From positions 870,833-934,832 of the forward strand of contig CAVOIB010000002.1 in assembly GCA_963695975.1 (NCBI GenBank): a DNA stretch of 64,000 bases. Reading direction: 5' to 3'. A program made the position numbers and the translations under genes. The notes beneath the pieces were generated by a model. It was not told the origin of the DNA. It was given only the letters and a program-made list of their open reading frames with translations, and ran no database searches. Source of the stretch: an uncultured Actinomycetes bacterium (GTDB taxonomy: Bacteria; Actinomycetota; UBA4738; HRBIN12). Below are positions 17,259-25,809 of this stretch, one piece after another; position 1 is the first letter of the stretch, and every line of letters starts with the position of its first letter.

Positions 17259-18482
17259 ATGACCGCGAGCATCGGTGAGCTGGCCGACCGAACCCCCGCA
17301 ACACGCGACCGCTACGTCGACTTCTTGCGGGCCGTCAGCATCCTCTGCGTGGTGATCGGCCACTGGACGATCGCGATGATCCATTGGGATCACGGGTTCA
17401 TCCGTTCGACGAGCGCGATCGGCCTCACCTCGTGGCTCTGGCTGGCCACCTGGTTCCTCCAGGTGATGCCCATCTTCTTCTTCGTCGGTGGATTCTCGAA
17501 CCTCGTCGCGTTCGATGCGTCCCAGGCGAAGGGACGGACGACGTGGTCGTTCATCCGGAGCCGGCTCGGGCGGCTGTTGCGCCCCTCGCTCGTGTTCCTC
17601 GGCGTGTGGGCCGTGGTGCAGGTGACGCTGCATCTGGCCGACATCGGCGCCACGGCCGGGCCGCCGCTCTGGGGCGATACCCGCCTGCTGCGCGGCATGC
17701 TCCCTCCCGGCGCGACGATCCCGTTCGGGCCGCTCTGGTTCCTGGCCGTGTACATCGTCGTCGTCTGCATCTCGCCGTGGACGATCGCCCTGCACCGGCG
17801 GTTCGGGCTGTGGGTGCCGGCGGCGATGGTCCTCGGCGCGTTCGGGGCGGACTGGATCGGATTCATGGGCGGCCATCCGATCGCGCGGTGGGCCAACGTC
17901 GCGTTCGTCCTGCTGTTCCCGCATCAGCTGGGACATGCCTACGGCGACGGAACCATGCTGCGATGGTCTCGGAAGGTGTTCTGGGCCATGGTGGTGGCGG
18001 GGCTCTCAGGATTGGCCCTGCTGACGAACCCCCCGATCTGGAAGCTGTTCGGCCACGTCCGCTACACGTGGTTCCCGGGGATCGGCACGTACCCGAAGAG
18101 CTTGCTCGGCACCGATATCGAGGCCGTCTCGAACGCCTATCCGCCGACGATCTGCTTCCTGATGGGCGGCGTGTGGTCGATCGGCGCGGTGATGCTGCTG
18201 CGGCCGTACGTCACGCGCTGGCTCCAGCGTCGGCGTCCGTGGACGATCACGATCGCCGTGAACGGCGTGATCATGACCCTGTTCCTCTGGCACATGACCG
18301 CCTACCTGCTGGCGGTGCTCGTCATGTGGCCGCTCGGCCTGGGCCACGAGACCGACAGCACGGCGCGATGGTGGGCGGAGCGCGCTCTCTGGCTCGTGGT
18401 CCCCGGGCTGATCCTGCTCGGCCTCATCGCCGTCTTCGGTCGCTTCGAGCGCCCGCGATCCAAGGCGTCTACCGGCGCGTGA
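17259..18482 (+). CDS. Acyltransferase family 3 (OafA/YrhL-like) membrane O-acyltransferase
   Basis: 407-aa polytopic ORF. The N-terminal signature is RDRYVDFLRAVSILCVVIGHW. The 3' end overlaps the convergent TMEM175 gene by 14 nt. Confidence 0.8.
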   Translation: MTASIGELADRTPATRDRYVDFLRAVSILCVVIGHWTIAMIHWDHGFIRSTSAIGLTSWLWLATWFLQVMPIFFFVGGFSNLVAFDASQAKGRTTWSFIRSRLGRLLRPSLVFLGVWAVVQVTLHLADIGATAGPPLWGDTRLLRGMLPPGATIPFGPLWFLAVYIVVVCISPWTIALHRRFGLWVPAAMVLGAFGADWIGFMGGHPIARWANVAFVLLFPHQLGHAYGDGTMLRWSRKVFWAMVVAGLSGLALLTNPPIWKLFGHVRYTWFPGIGTYPKSLLGTDIEAVSNAYPPTICFLMGGVWSIGAVMLLRPYVTRWLQRRRPWTITIAVNGVIMTLFLWHMTAYLLAVLVMWPLGLGHETDSTARWWAERALWLVVPGLILLGLIAVFGRFERPRSKASTGA

Positions 18483-19074
18483 AGCGCCGGTCCGGGATCA
18501 TCCACATCACGGCCACCGCGGCGTACAGGGCGTAGGCGATCCAGACGTCGACGTATGCGAGTCCCACGCCTGCCGCGTACAGGACGATCGACGTGTTCCC
18601 TTTGAGGTCCGAGGCGATCGCCGTGCCGACGAGCGAATCGCGGCCGTTCGCGCGGATGATCGCGTGCACCAGCAGGAAGTAGGCGAACGCGGCCAGGAGT
18701 CCGACCATGCCGAACGATGCGGCCGGGAGCGGCTCGTGGTAGGCCTCGCGGAGCCATTCGGTCGTCACGGGGATCAGCGAGAGGCAGAACAGCAGGAACA
18801 TGTTCGCCCACATCACCCCGCCGCTGATCCGGGTCGTCGCGCGCAGCAGATGATGATGGTTGTTCCAGTAGATCGCGATGAACGTGAACGCCAGGACGTA
18901 GATGAACAGGCTGGGCACCTCGTCCCGGAGCGCCGCGAACGTCACCCCATCGGGCGGCCTGAGTTCGAGGGCGAGGATCGTGATGATGACGGCCATCACG
19001 CCGTCGCTGAACGCCTCTACACGCTCGGATCCCATCTCGACCGGCGCGCCGGCGCGCCCTTCGTCCTCATGCAT
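18469..19074 (-). CDS. TMEM175-family (DUF1211) potassium channel
   Basis: 201-aa, 6-TM ORF. The TM1 signature RVEAFSDGVMAVIITILALEL carries the R-x3-FSD motif of the TMEM175 family. Confidence 0.8.
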   Translation of the reverse strand: MHEDEGRAGAPVEMGSERVEAFSDGVMAVIITILALELRPPDGVTFAALRDEVPSLFIYVLAFTFIAIYWNNHHHLLRATTRISGGVMWANMFLLFCLSLIPVTTEWLREAYHEPLPAASFGMVGLLAAFAYFLLVHAIIRANGRDSLVGTAIASDLKGNTSIVLYAAGVGLAYVDVWIAYALYAAVAVMWMIPDRRFTRR

Positions 19075-19113
19075 CGCGCCGATGATAGGACGGTCGCTCG
19101 CCGAACGACCGGC

Positions 19114-20232
19114 TCAGGCTCCGACCGGGACAGGTGCGGCGTGCCGGGCGCTCGGCGCGCGCGACGACAGGTGCTCCGCGACGAACCGGGCGTCTCTCCC
19201 GACCCCGTTGATCGTGTCGGAGGTCATCGCGTACTGAAAGTGCAACCCCACGAAGTAGAGACCCGACTCCTTCGCGACGATCCCGCGCTCGTGTTCCGGC
19301 TGCGCCGAGTCTCCGAAGATCGGCAGGTCGATCCAGGAGAACCCCGGGCTGAAGCCCGTGCACCAGATGACGTTCGACACGTCGAGCGCGCGTCCGTCGT
19401 CGGTCACCGGCCTGCCGTCGCGCACGCCCGCGATCCTCGACACACGTTCGATGCCGGCCGCGGCCAGGTCCTTCGGTCGGATCCGGATCAGGGGACCTGC
19501 CGTCGTCAGGGCCTTGGGCCGGATCTTCCTGCCGATCGGGGTGCGAACGGTGAGCACCCGGTGTCCGATGAACCGAACCACACGCACCAGCAGGTGCCGC
19601 GCCACGAACCCTTCGATGCGGAACGGGATGTGGCCTGATTCCTCCCCCGACAGGATCGTCGGATGCGTCTTCGCGACCTCGAGCCCGATGTCGGCCCCCG
19701 AGTTGCCGGCGCCGACAACGAGGACCACGCCGTCGCTCAGCTGGGAGGGGTTCACGTACTCGGCAGCGTGCAGCTGGACGATCGCGGGGTCTAGCTCTCC
19801 TGCGAATGCCGGCACCCGAGGAACCTGGTAGTCCGACATCGCGACCACCACGTTGTCGGCTTCGAACCGGTCTTCACCGGCGGTGATGGAGAATCGGCCT
19901 TCGTCCCTCGAGAGCCGATCTACCCGCACGCCGTGTCGGATCGGGAGCGCGAACCGCGCCGCGTACGTCTCCAGGTAGTCGGCCATCTCGTCCTTCGTGA
20001 TGAACGCGTCGCCCCGCGCCGGGAACGCCATCCCGTCGAGTCCGTCCAGTCGGGCCGGCGTGAACAGCCGGAGCGAATCCCAGCGCTTGCGCCAGGGGTC
20101 ACCGGTCCGCTCGTTCGCGTCCAGGATCACGAACGATCGACCTCGCTTCAGCAGGTGGTAGCCCATCGTGAGCCCTGCCTGACCGCCGCCGATGATCACC
20201 GTGTCGTGCTGCTCGATGCCACTGCCGTCCAT
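19114..20232 (-). CDS. FAD/NAD(P)-dependent flavin monooxygenase-like oxidoreductase (CzcO / legacy 'flavoprotein involved in K+ transport' group)
   Basis: ATG at 20232 after GGAGGAG (ORF 19114..20292). FAD fold: TVIIGGGQAGLTMGYHLLKRG. The motif DPWRKRWDSLRLFTP is present. Second dinucleotide fold: VVLVVGAGNSGADIGLE. Confidence 0.8.
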   Translation of the reverse strand: MDGSGIEQHDTVIIGGGQAGLTMGYHLLKRGRSFVILDANERTGDPWRKRWDSLRLFTPARLDGLDGMAFPARGDAFITKDEMADYLETYAARFALPIRHGVRVDRLSRDEGRFSITAGEDRFEADNVVVAMSDYQVPRVPAFAGELDPAIVQLHAAEYVNPSQLSDGVVLVVGAGNSGADIGLEVAKTHPTILSGEESGHIPFRIEGFVARHLLVRVVRFIGHRVLTVRTPIGRKIRPKALTTAGPLIRIRPKDLAAAGIERVSRIAGVRDGRPVTDDGRALDVSNVIWCTGFSPGFSWIDLPIFGDSAQPEHERGIVAKESGLYFVGLHFQYAMTSDTINGVGRDARFVAEHLSSRAPSARHAAPVPVGA

Positions 20233-20326
20233 CCGTCTCCTCCATCCGTCGATGTCGGGACGACCGTAGGGGTGGGGACGGGTGCGCCTCATCGCTTGAA
20301 CGAGCCAAGTTGCAGGCGGGGGCTCC

Positions 20327-20344
20327 GTGGTCAGAACTGACCAC
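20327..20344. promoter_or_regulatory. 18-bp perfect inverted repeat GTGGTCAG-AA-CTGACCAC (candidate operator, or luxR-end hairpin)
   Basis: Read directly: 8-bp arms with a 2-nt spacer. It lies 15 nt downstream of the LuxR-family stop and 95 nt upstream of the monooxygenase start on the same strand. No T/U run follows on the minus strand. Confidence 0.35.
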
Positions 20345-20358
20345 GACGAACCGAGGAT

Positions 20359-21996
20359 TCAAGCGAGGCCGTGTTCGTAGGCGAACGCCGTAGCCGCCGA
20401 GCGAGACGTGACGGCGAGCTTGTGGAAGATGTTCTGGGTGTGACGGGCCACCGTGTGCTCGCTCAGCACGAGGTCAGCGGCGATCTCGCGGTTCGTCTTG
20501 CCCGTCGCGATCAGGCGGAGCACCTCGGCCTCGCGGGGGGTCAGCCCGCCTGGGAGCTCGGCGGGCCCCGACAGCAGGTCCGCGGCCGCACGCGCGTCAA
20601 GTTCGGCCCCCAGCCGCTCGAACGCCGCCAGGGCCGTCCGCAGCTCGAGAAGTGCGCCCTCTGCATCGCCGGCTTCGCGGAGAGCCATGGCGTACCGCAT
20701 CCGGGCACGGGCTGTGTCGTACGGGAGCTTCAGTTCCTGCCAGACCGCGCACGCGCGCCGCAGGTATTCGAGCGCCCCGGTCACATCGCCCCTGGCGAGG
20801 AGCAGCGCCCCGCGGGCGGTCGCGGCGGATGCATCGAACGCCGGCGTCGCGTAGGCCTGCGCGACGGCGTCGAGCTCCGCGCTCGCGGTCTCGGCGGTGT
20901 CGAGGTCGTTGCCGGCGAGTGCCACCTCGACCTGGGCAGCGAGGAGCCGGGCCCGCCGAGGCGTTCCCTCCGGCGACGCGGCGACCGCCAGGCGGAGCGA
21001 AGTCAGGGCGGCATCGACCTTGCCCTGGGCGAGACGCAGGAGCGCCAGTCCGGGCTGCGGTTCGAGCCCGAGCTCGTGTGCGCGCGCGAACGCTTCGTCG
21101 GCGCCCGAGAGGTTGCCGACCCGCCGACGGATCTCGCCCGTCTCGTAGAAGGCCTTCGCCGCGGCCTCGGGGTTGAAGGTCCAGTCCTCGGCCGCTCGCG
21201 CGGCCTCTGCCTCGGCCTCGGGCCACGCGCCTCGGAGGCTCGCGACGGCGGCGCGGTTGACCCGACAGGTGCCGGGGAACGGCGCCTCGGGCGGAAGGGT
21301 CTCGCACCATCGCTTCGCCGCGTCGCTCCACTCCCCGGCGCGTCTGACGTCGGCCAGATCCAGACAGACGTCGAGGACGTTGCAGTAGATCACCCCGGTG
21401 AAGTGCGTACTGAGCTCGCCGGCGACGACGGACGTCATCGCTTCATCGAGAAGGGCCATGCCCTCCGAAACCCGGCCGCTCGACACGAGCACGAGCCCTT
21501 GGCCGTGGATCCCGAGCGCGATGAGGTCCCGGTGGCCGAAGCGCTTCCCGATCTCGGTGGCCCGGACCGCGAGCGCCATCCCGCCATCGACGTCACCGGT
21601 GTTCTGCGCAACCATCGCTTGAGCAAGGAGGACGAAACCGAGCTGGTAACCCTCCGGCCGATCTTCGAGGAGACGTTGGGCCTTCATCAGCCAGCCCATC
21701 GCGGCAGCCGGTTCGTCACGGCCGAAGTGCTCGAAGCAGAGGCGCACCGCGACGAACGCGGCGTTCGCATCCTCGCCGGCGGCCGCGTACGCGGCGGATG
21801 CCTCCTCCCACCTGGGGAACGCGTCGTCGAAACGGGAAAGCCACCAAGCGGCGTCGGCAAAGCTCTCCAGGTCCTGGGGGCTCAGGACGGACAGATCGAG
21901 GCTCCGGTAGGCCTCGTATGCCTCGGCCCACGATTCCCTCGCGACGGCCTCTCGGGCCCGATCGATCTCCGCGATCCCCTCGGCTACCGCCTCCAC
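20359..21996 (-). CDS. LuxR-family transcriptional regulator with a long TPR-like helical N-terminal region and no NTPase module
   Basis: 545-aa ORF. The C-terminal HTH is LTPREAEVLRLIATGKTNREIAADLVLSEHTVARHTQNIFHKLAV. The preceding ~470 aa are Ala/Leu/Glu-rich helical repeats. I see no Walker A motif. Confidence 0.8.
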   Translation of the reverse strand: MEAVAEGIAEIDRAREAVARESWAEAYEAYRSLDLSVLSPQDLESFADAAWWLSRFDDAFPRWEEASAAYAAAGEDANAAFVAVRLCFEHFGRDEPAAAMGWLMKAQRLLEDRPEGYQLGFVLLAQAMVAQNTGDVDGGMALAVRATEIGKRFGHRDLIALGIHGQGLVLVSSGRVSEGMALLDEAMTSVVAGELSTHFTGVIYCNVLDVCLDLADVRRAGEWSDAAKRWCETLPPEAPFPGTCRVNRAAVASLRGAWPEAEAEAARAAEDWTFNPEAAAKAFYETGEIRRRVGNLSGADEAFARAHELGLEPQPGLALLRLAQGKVDAALTSLRLAVAASPEGTPRRARLLAAQVEVALAGNDLDTAETASAELDAVAQAYATPAFDASAATARGALLLARGDVTGALEYLRRACAVWQELKLPYDTARARMRYAMALREAGDAEGALLELRTALAAFERLGAELDARAAADLLSGPAELPGGLTPREAEVLRLIATGKTNREIAADLVLSEHTVARHTQNIFHKLAVTSRSAATAFAYEHGLA

Positions 21997-22124
21997 CTCT
22001 TTCGATCTTCGCCCCTTGGACCGCGAGCTTAGCCCGATGCATCGCCAGCCAGGTCGGGCCGCCCACCTCGGGAATGAACCTCGCCACGCTGCCGGTTCTA
22101 CGGACTACTCAGAGAGGAGCACCC

Positions 22125-22541
22125 ATGAGCGATTGGAACGCGAACATCATCGAGGAGTTCCGGACGAACGAGGGACGCGTGAGCGGGATGTTCGAGGGCG
22201 CCCCGATGTTGCTGCTCCACACGGTAGGGCATCGGAGCGGCGAGGAGCGGGTCAACCCGCTGATGTACCTTCCTGACGGCGATCGCTGGGTCGTCTTCGC
22301 CTCGAAGGGCGGACATGCGTACCATCCACACTGGCTCCTCAATCTGGAAGCCGACCCGAAGGTCACGATCGAGGTCGGAACCGAGGCCATCTCCGTGATC
22401 GCGACCGTCCTCCATGACGGACCCGAGCGCGACGAGCTGTACGCGCGGCAGGTGGCGGCTCGCCCGCAGTTCGGCGAGTACGAACTGCAGACAGCGGGCA
22501 AGCGCACGATCCCGGTGATCGTGCTCGAACGCGCCGGCTAG
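22125..22541 (+). CDS. Nitroreductase-family deazaflavin (F420)-dependent oxidoreductase (DDN-like)
   Basis: ATG at 22125 after AGAGAGGAG. The N-terminus WNANIIEEFRTNEGRVSGMFEGAPMLLLHTVGHRSGEERVNPLMY is the typical DDN-family pattern. Length 138 aa. Confidence 0.8.
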   Translation: MSDWNANIIEEFRTNEGRVSGMFEGAPMLLLHTVGHRSGEERVNPLMYLPDGDRWVVFASKGGHAYHPHWLLNLEADPKVTIEVGTEAISVIATVLHDGPERDELYARQVAARPQFGEYELQTAGKRTIPVIVLERAG

Positions 22542-23173
22542 CCGCCGCCCTCGGCGTAGACCTTCACGCTTTGCAGGGTCGCACGCATGATCACGCCGAC
22601 GAACGGGCTCACGACCGTCCAGTACCGGGCGAACTTCGTGCGCGAGTCCACATCGGTCATCGCGGTGCGGGCCTCGTAGCTGAGCAGCGACCGCCCCTCC
22701 CCGTACGGCCGCACCGAGAGGTTCGCGGCGATCTTTCCCCAACCCGGCTCGTCGAACGCGGCGAACTCCTCCGCGGTCTTGGGCACTGGGTCGAGCCACG
22801 TGATGTCCAGCTGCCAGTACTTGCCGATCGCGCCGAACGCGATCTCGCGCGGCGGATCCTCGCCCAGACCCATCCAGCCCGGCAGGTCCCCGCCCTGGCC
22901 GTTGAACATGCCGTCGAACGTCAGGCTCGGGACTTCGCGAACCGGTTCGGTGCGTCGGCCCGTTGCGCGCATCACCTTGTCGGGCACGCCCCGCATCCAC
23001 ATCGCCGCATCCATCAACGGCGAGTGGACCTTCATGAAGTCCAGCTGTCTGGCAGCCGCGTACGTCGTCGCGGGATCGGCTTCGACGACACCGTGTTCCA
23101 CACGCGTGAAGTCGAAGTGCGGCAGGGCTCGATCGATCAGCATCGCTTCTTTGGTGATCTCGAGGATCGTCAT
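22538..23173 (-). CDS. Hypothetical protein (possibly SRPBCC-like)
   Basis: ATG at 23173 after GGTGGGAGGTGG (ORF 22538..23296). The 211-aa product has balanced composition and no motif I can name. Its stop overlaps the convergent DDN gene by 4 nt. Confidence 0.6.
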   Translation of the reverse strand: MTILEITKEAMLIDRALPHFDFTRVEHGVVEADPATTYAAARQLDFMKVHSPLMDAAMWMRGVPDKVMRATGRRTEPVREVPSLTFDGMFNGQGGDLPGWMGLGEDPPREIAFGAIGKYWQLDITWLDPVPKTAEEFAAFDEPGWGKIAANLSVRPYGEGRSLLSYEARTAMTDVDSRTKFARYWTVVSPFVGVIMRATLQSVKVYAEGGG

Positions 23174-23316
23174 GGTTCCACCTCCCACCGGCAGCATGCC
23201 GGTGGGAGGCGATCCATTGGACGGTCGGATGACCCGTGTCCGTCGGGACCATCCGAACGGCGGACGTGGGCGTGGCGGCGACGCCGCCCCGCCCACGGTG
23301 GACCTTCCCGCCGGCG

Positions 23317-23631
23317 CTACATCGCCTCGAAGGTCTCGAAGACCATGACCTGAGCGCCGCCGAGCAGGACCGGGCAGTTCTCGGCGAGCTTCGCGGCCTG
23401 GTCGAGCGAGTCGGCCTCGATCACCGAGTAGCCGCTGGCCGTCGCCTTCGCGTCGACCACCTTCGGGCCGGTCGAGATCGTCTTCGAATCAGCGTTGAAC
23501 GGGTTGCCTGGATCGATCACGGCCGAGCCGAGCTCGGTGAACCAGTCCGTCCACGCGGTCATGACCGCCGCCTGCTCGGCTTCGGTCTCGGGCATGCTTC
23601 CACCGCCGTACAGCAACAGGTACTTCGCCAT
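23317..23631 (-). CDS. YCII-related (DGPF-like) small protein
   Basis: ATG at 23631 after AGGAGGGGATGG. The start MAKYLLLYGGG...EAEQAAVMTAWTDWF and the 104-aa length fit the YCII superfamily pattern. Confidence 0.65.
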   Translation of the reverse strand: MAKYLLLYGGGSMPETEAEQAAVMTAWTDWFTELGSAVIDPGNPFNADSKTISTGPKVVDAKATASGYSVIEADSLDQAAKLAENCPVLLGGAQVMVFETFEAM

Positions 23632-23727
23632 GCCATCCCCTCCTTGCGGTCCGAGGTCCCGGGCGGGACCGTCACCCCAACGACGAAGGAGGCAGGCGGA
23701 TATCGACACGGGTCGTGCGCCCGCGAA

Positions 23728-24411
23728 TCACCAGGGGAGCGGGTCGCCGTCCTGGAAGAACCCTCCGGATGGACCATGTTCGGGCAACGTGACGCCCCAT
23801 ACGATGCTCGCCGCCCCCTGCGCCGCGGATCGCGGCGCGCTCGCGCCTCCCATGTCCGATCGGCACCATCCGGGGCTGATCGCGTTGACCAGTATCCCGG
23901 TGCCCGAAAGATCCTCGGCGAGCGCGCGCGTCATCGCGTTCATCGCCACCTTCGTCACGGCGTAGACCCCGCCGCCACGCTGCTCGTGTGAGTTGGACGC
24001 CAACCCCGTCGATACGTTGACGATGCGACCCCAGCCCCGCTCGCGCATCGGCGGCAGGAACACCTGCGTGACTCGCCACGCTCCGAGGGCGTTCACCTGC
24101 CAGGCCTGCGCGGTCTCGTCCGGTGAGACTTGCCCGCGAGGATAGATGCCTGCGTTGTTCACCAGCACGTCCACGCCTTCGGGCGCGAGGTCCTCGCCTG
24201 CGGCGGCGACGCTCGCCGGGTCGGCCACATCGACCCGGATCGGCGTGATCCCCGGGAGCTTCAGCGATGCGGCGGCGGCCGCGCCCGCGTCGCGGTCGCG
24301 CGAGCCCAGGAACACCTCCAGACCGAGACCGCCGAGGAGGCGCACGACCTCGAGCCCGATGCCCCGGTTCCCGCCGGTCACGAGCGCCCGCTTGCCTTCC
24401 AGGTCGGTCAT
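23728..24411 (-). CDS. Short-chain dehydrogenase/reductase (SDR)
   Basis: Only the last 227 aa of ORF 23728..25545 are real. The ATG at 24411 forms an ATGA overlap with the upstream lyase stop. Motifs: KRALVTGGNRGIG, NNAG, and Y-x3-K (YAVTKVA). Confidence 0.85.
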   Translation of the reverse strand: MTDLEGKRALVTGGNRGIGLEVVRLLGGLGLEVFLGSRDRDAGAAAAASLKLPGITPIRVDVADPASVAAAGEDLAPEGVDVLVNNAGIYPRGQVSPDETAQAWQVNALGAWRVTQVFLPPMRERGWGRIVNVSTGLASNSHEQRGGGVYAVTKVAMNAMTRALAEDLSGTGILVNAISPGWCRSDMGGASAPRSAAQGAASIVWGVTLPEHGPSGGFFQDGDPLPW

Positions 24412-25784
24412 CCGGGTTCGAAGCGCGCCGTGAAATGGCGCAGGGCGGGAGCCTCTTCGACGATCCGGTACCCAGGAAGGTCGGCGGCGCCCGCCGCGAC
24501 CGACGTCACGACCTCGATCACGTAATCGATGTGGCTCTGTGTGTACGTGCGGCGCGGGATCGCCAGGCGCACCAGGTCCATCGCGGCCGGCTCCTCGGTC
24601 CCGTCGGGCCGTCGCCCGAACATCACGGTTCCGATCTCGCAGCTGCGGATGCCCCCAGATTCGTACAGCGCGACCGCGAGCGCCTGTCCCGGGTACTCGA
24701 GCGGCGGGACGTGCGGCAGCAGCGAACGCGCGTCGATGTAGACCGCGTGCCCGCCGATCGGCTTCACGACCGGGACGCCCGCGCGGTCGAGCGCTTGGCC
24801 CAGGTAGGCCGTCGAGCGGATCCGGTACCGCAGATAGTCGGGGTGCACGCACTCCTTCAGTCCCTGCGCGATCGCCTCGAGGTCGCGGCCCGCGAGCCCT
24901 CCGTACGTGGGGAACCCTTCGGTGAGGATCAACAGGTTCCGGCACCGTTCCGCGAGCCCGTCGTCGTTGGTGGCGAGCCATCCGCCGATGTTCGCGAGCG
25001 GGTCCTTCTTCGCGCTCATCGTCATGCCGTCTGCGAGCGAGGCCATCTCGCGGACGATCTCGGGGATCGGTCGCTCCTCGTAGCCGGGTTCGCGCGTCCG
25101 GATGAACCACGCGTTCTCCGCGAATCGGCACGCGTCCAGGAACATCGGCACGGCGTGGCGATCGCACAGTGCACGAACGCCGCGCAGGTTCTCCATCGAC
25201 ACGGGCTGGCCTCCACCGGAGTTGTTGGTCACCGTGACGAAGACCGCCGGGACGTCGTCGGCGCGTTCGGTCAGCAGGGCTGCGAGCGCGCCAAGATCCA
25301 TGTTCCCCTTGAACGGGTGTTCCATCGACGGTTGCCGGCCTTCGGGGATCACCAGGTCGACCGCCTCCGCGCCCGTGTACTCGACGTTCGCGCGCGTCGT
25401 GTCGAAGTGCGTGTTGTTCGGAACGATCTTGCCGGCCCCGCCGATCGCGGAGAAGAGGATCTTCTCGGCGGCCCTTCCCTGGTGCGTGGGGATCACGTTG
25501 GTGAACGGGAAGAGCTCCTGGACGGCCTCCAGGAACAGGAACCACGAGGGGGAGCCCGCGTAGCTCTCATCGCCGTGCTGGATCGCGGCCCACTGGTCGC
25601 GGGACATCGCGCCGGTGCCCGAGTCCGTCAGCAGGTCGATCAGGACGTCGTCGGCGTGGAGCCTGAACAGGTTGTAGCCGGCCTGGACGGTGGCGGCATG
25701 ACGCTCTTCGGGGGACGTGAGGCGCAGCGGCTCGACGGAATGGATCCGGAACGGCTCGATGATCGTGCGGAACTCGGCTGGCAC
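24408..25784 (-). CDS. Beta-eliminating lyase: tryptophanase / tyrosine phenol-lyase family (PLP)
   Basis: 458-aa ORF. N-terminus: FRTIIEPFRIHSVEPLRL. The motif TDSGTGAMS is present. The PLP-lysine region is MSAKKDPLANIGG, which I compare from memory with SAKKD in E. coli TnaA. Confidence 0.85.
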   Translation of the reverse strand: MPAEFRTIIEPFRIHSVEPLRLTSPEERHAATVQAGYNLFRLHADDVLIDLLTDSGTGAMSRDQWAAIQHGDESYAGSPSWFLFLEAVQELFPFTNVIPTHQGRAAEKILFSAIGGAGKIVPNNTHFDTTRANVEYTGAEAVDLVIPEGRQPSMEHPFKGNMDLGALAALLTERADDVPAVFVTVTNNSGGGQPVSMENLRGVRALCDRHAVPMFLDACRFAENAWFIRTREPGYEERPIPEIVREMASLADGMTMSAKKDPLANIGGWLATNDDGLAERCRNLLILTEGFPTYGGLAGRDLEAIAQGLKECVHPDYLRYRIRSTAYLGQALDRAGVPVVKPIGGHAVYIDARSLLPHVPPLEYPGQALAVALYESGGIRSCEIGTVMFGRRPDGTEEPAAMDLVRLAIPRRTYTQSHIDYVIEVVTSVAAGAADLPGYRIVEEAPALRHFTARFEPG

Positions 25785-25809
25785 AGGCGGATGCTAGCCC
25801 GACATCGCC

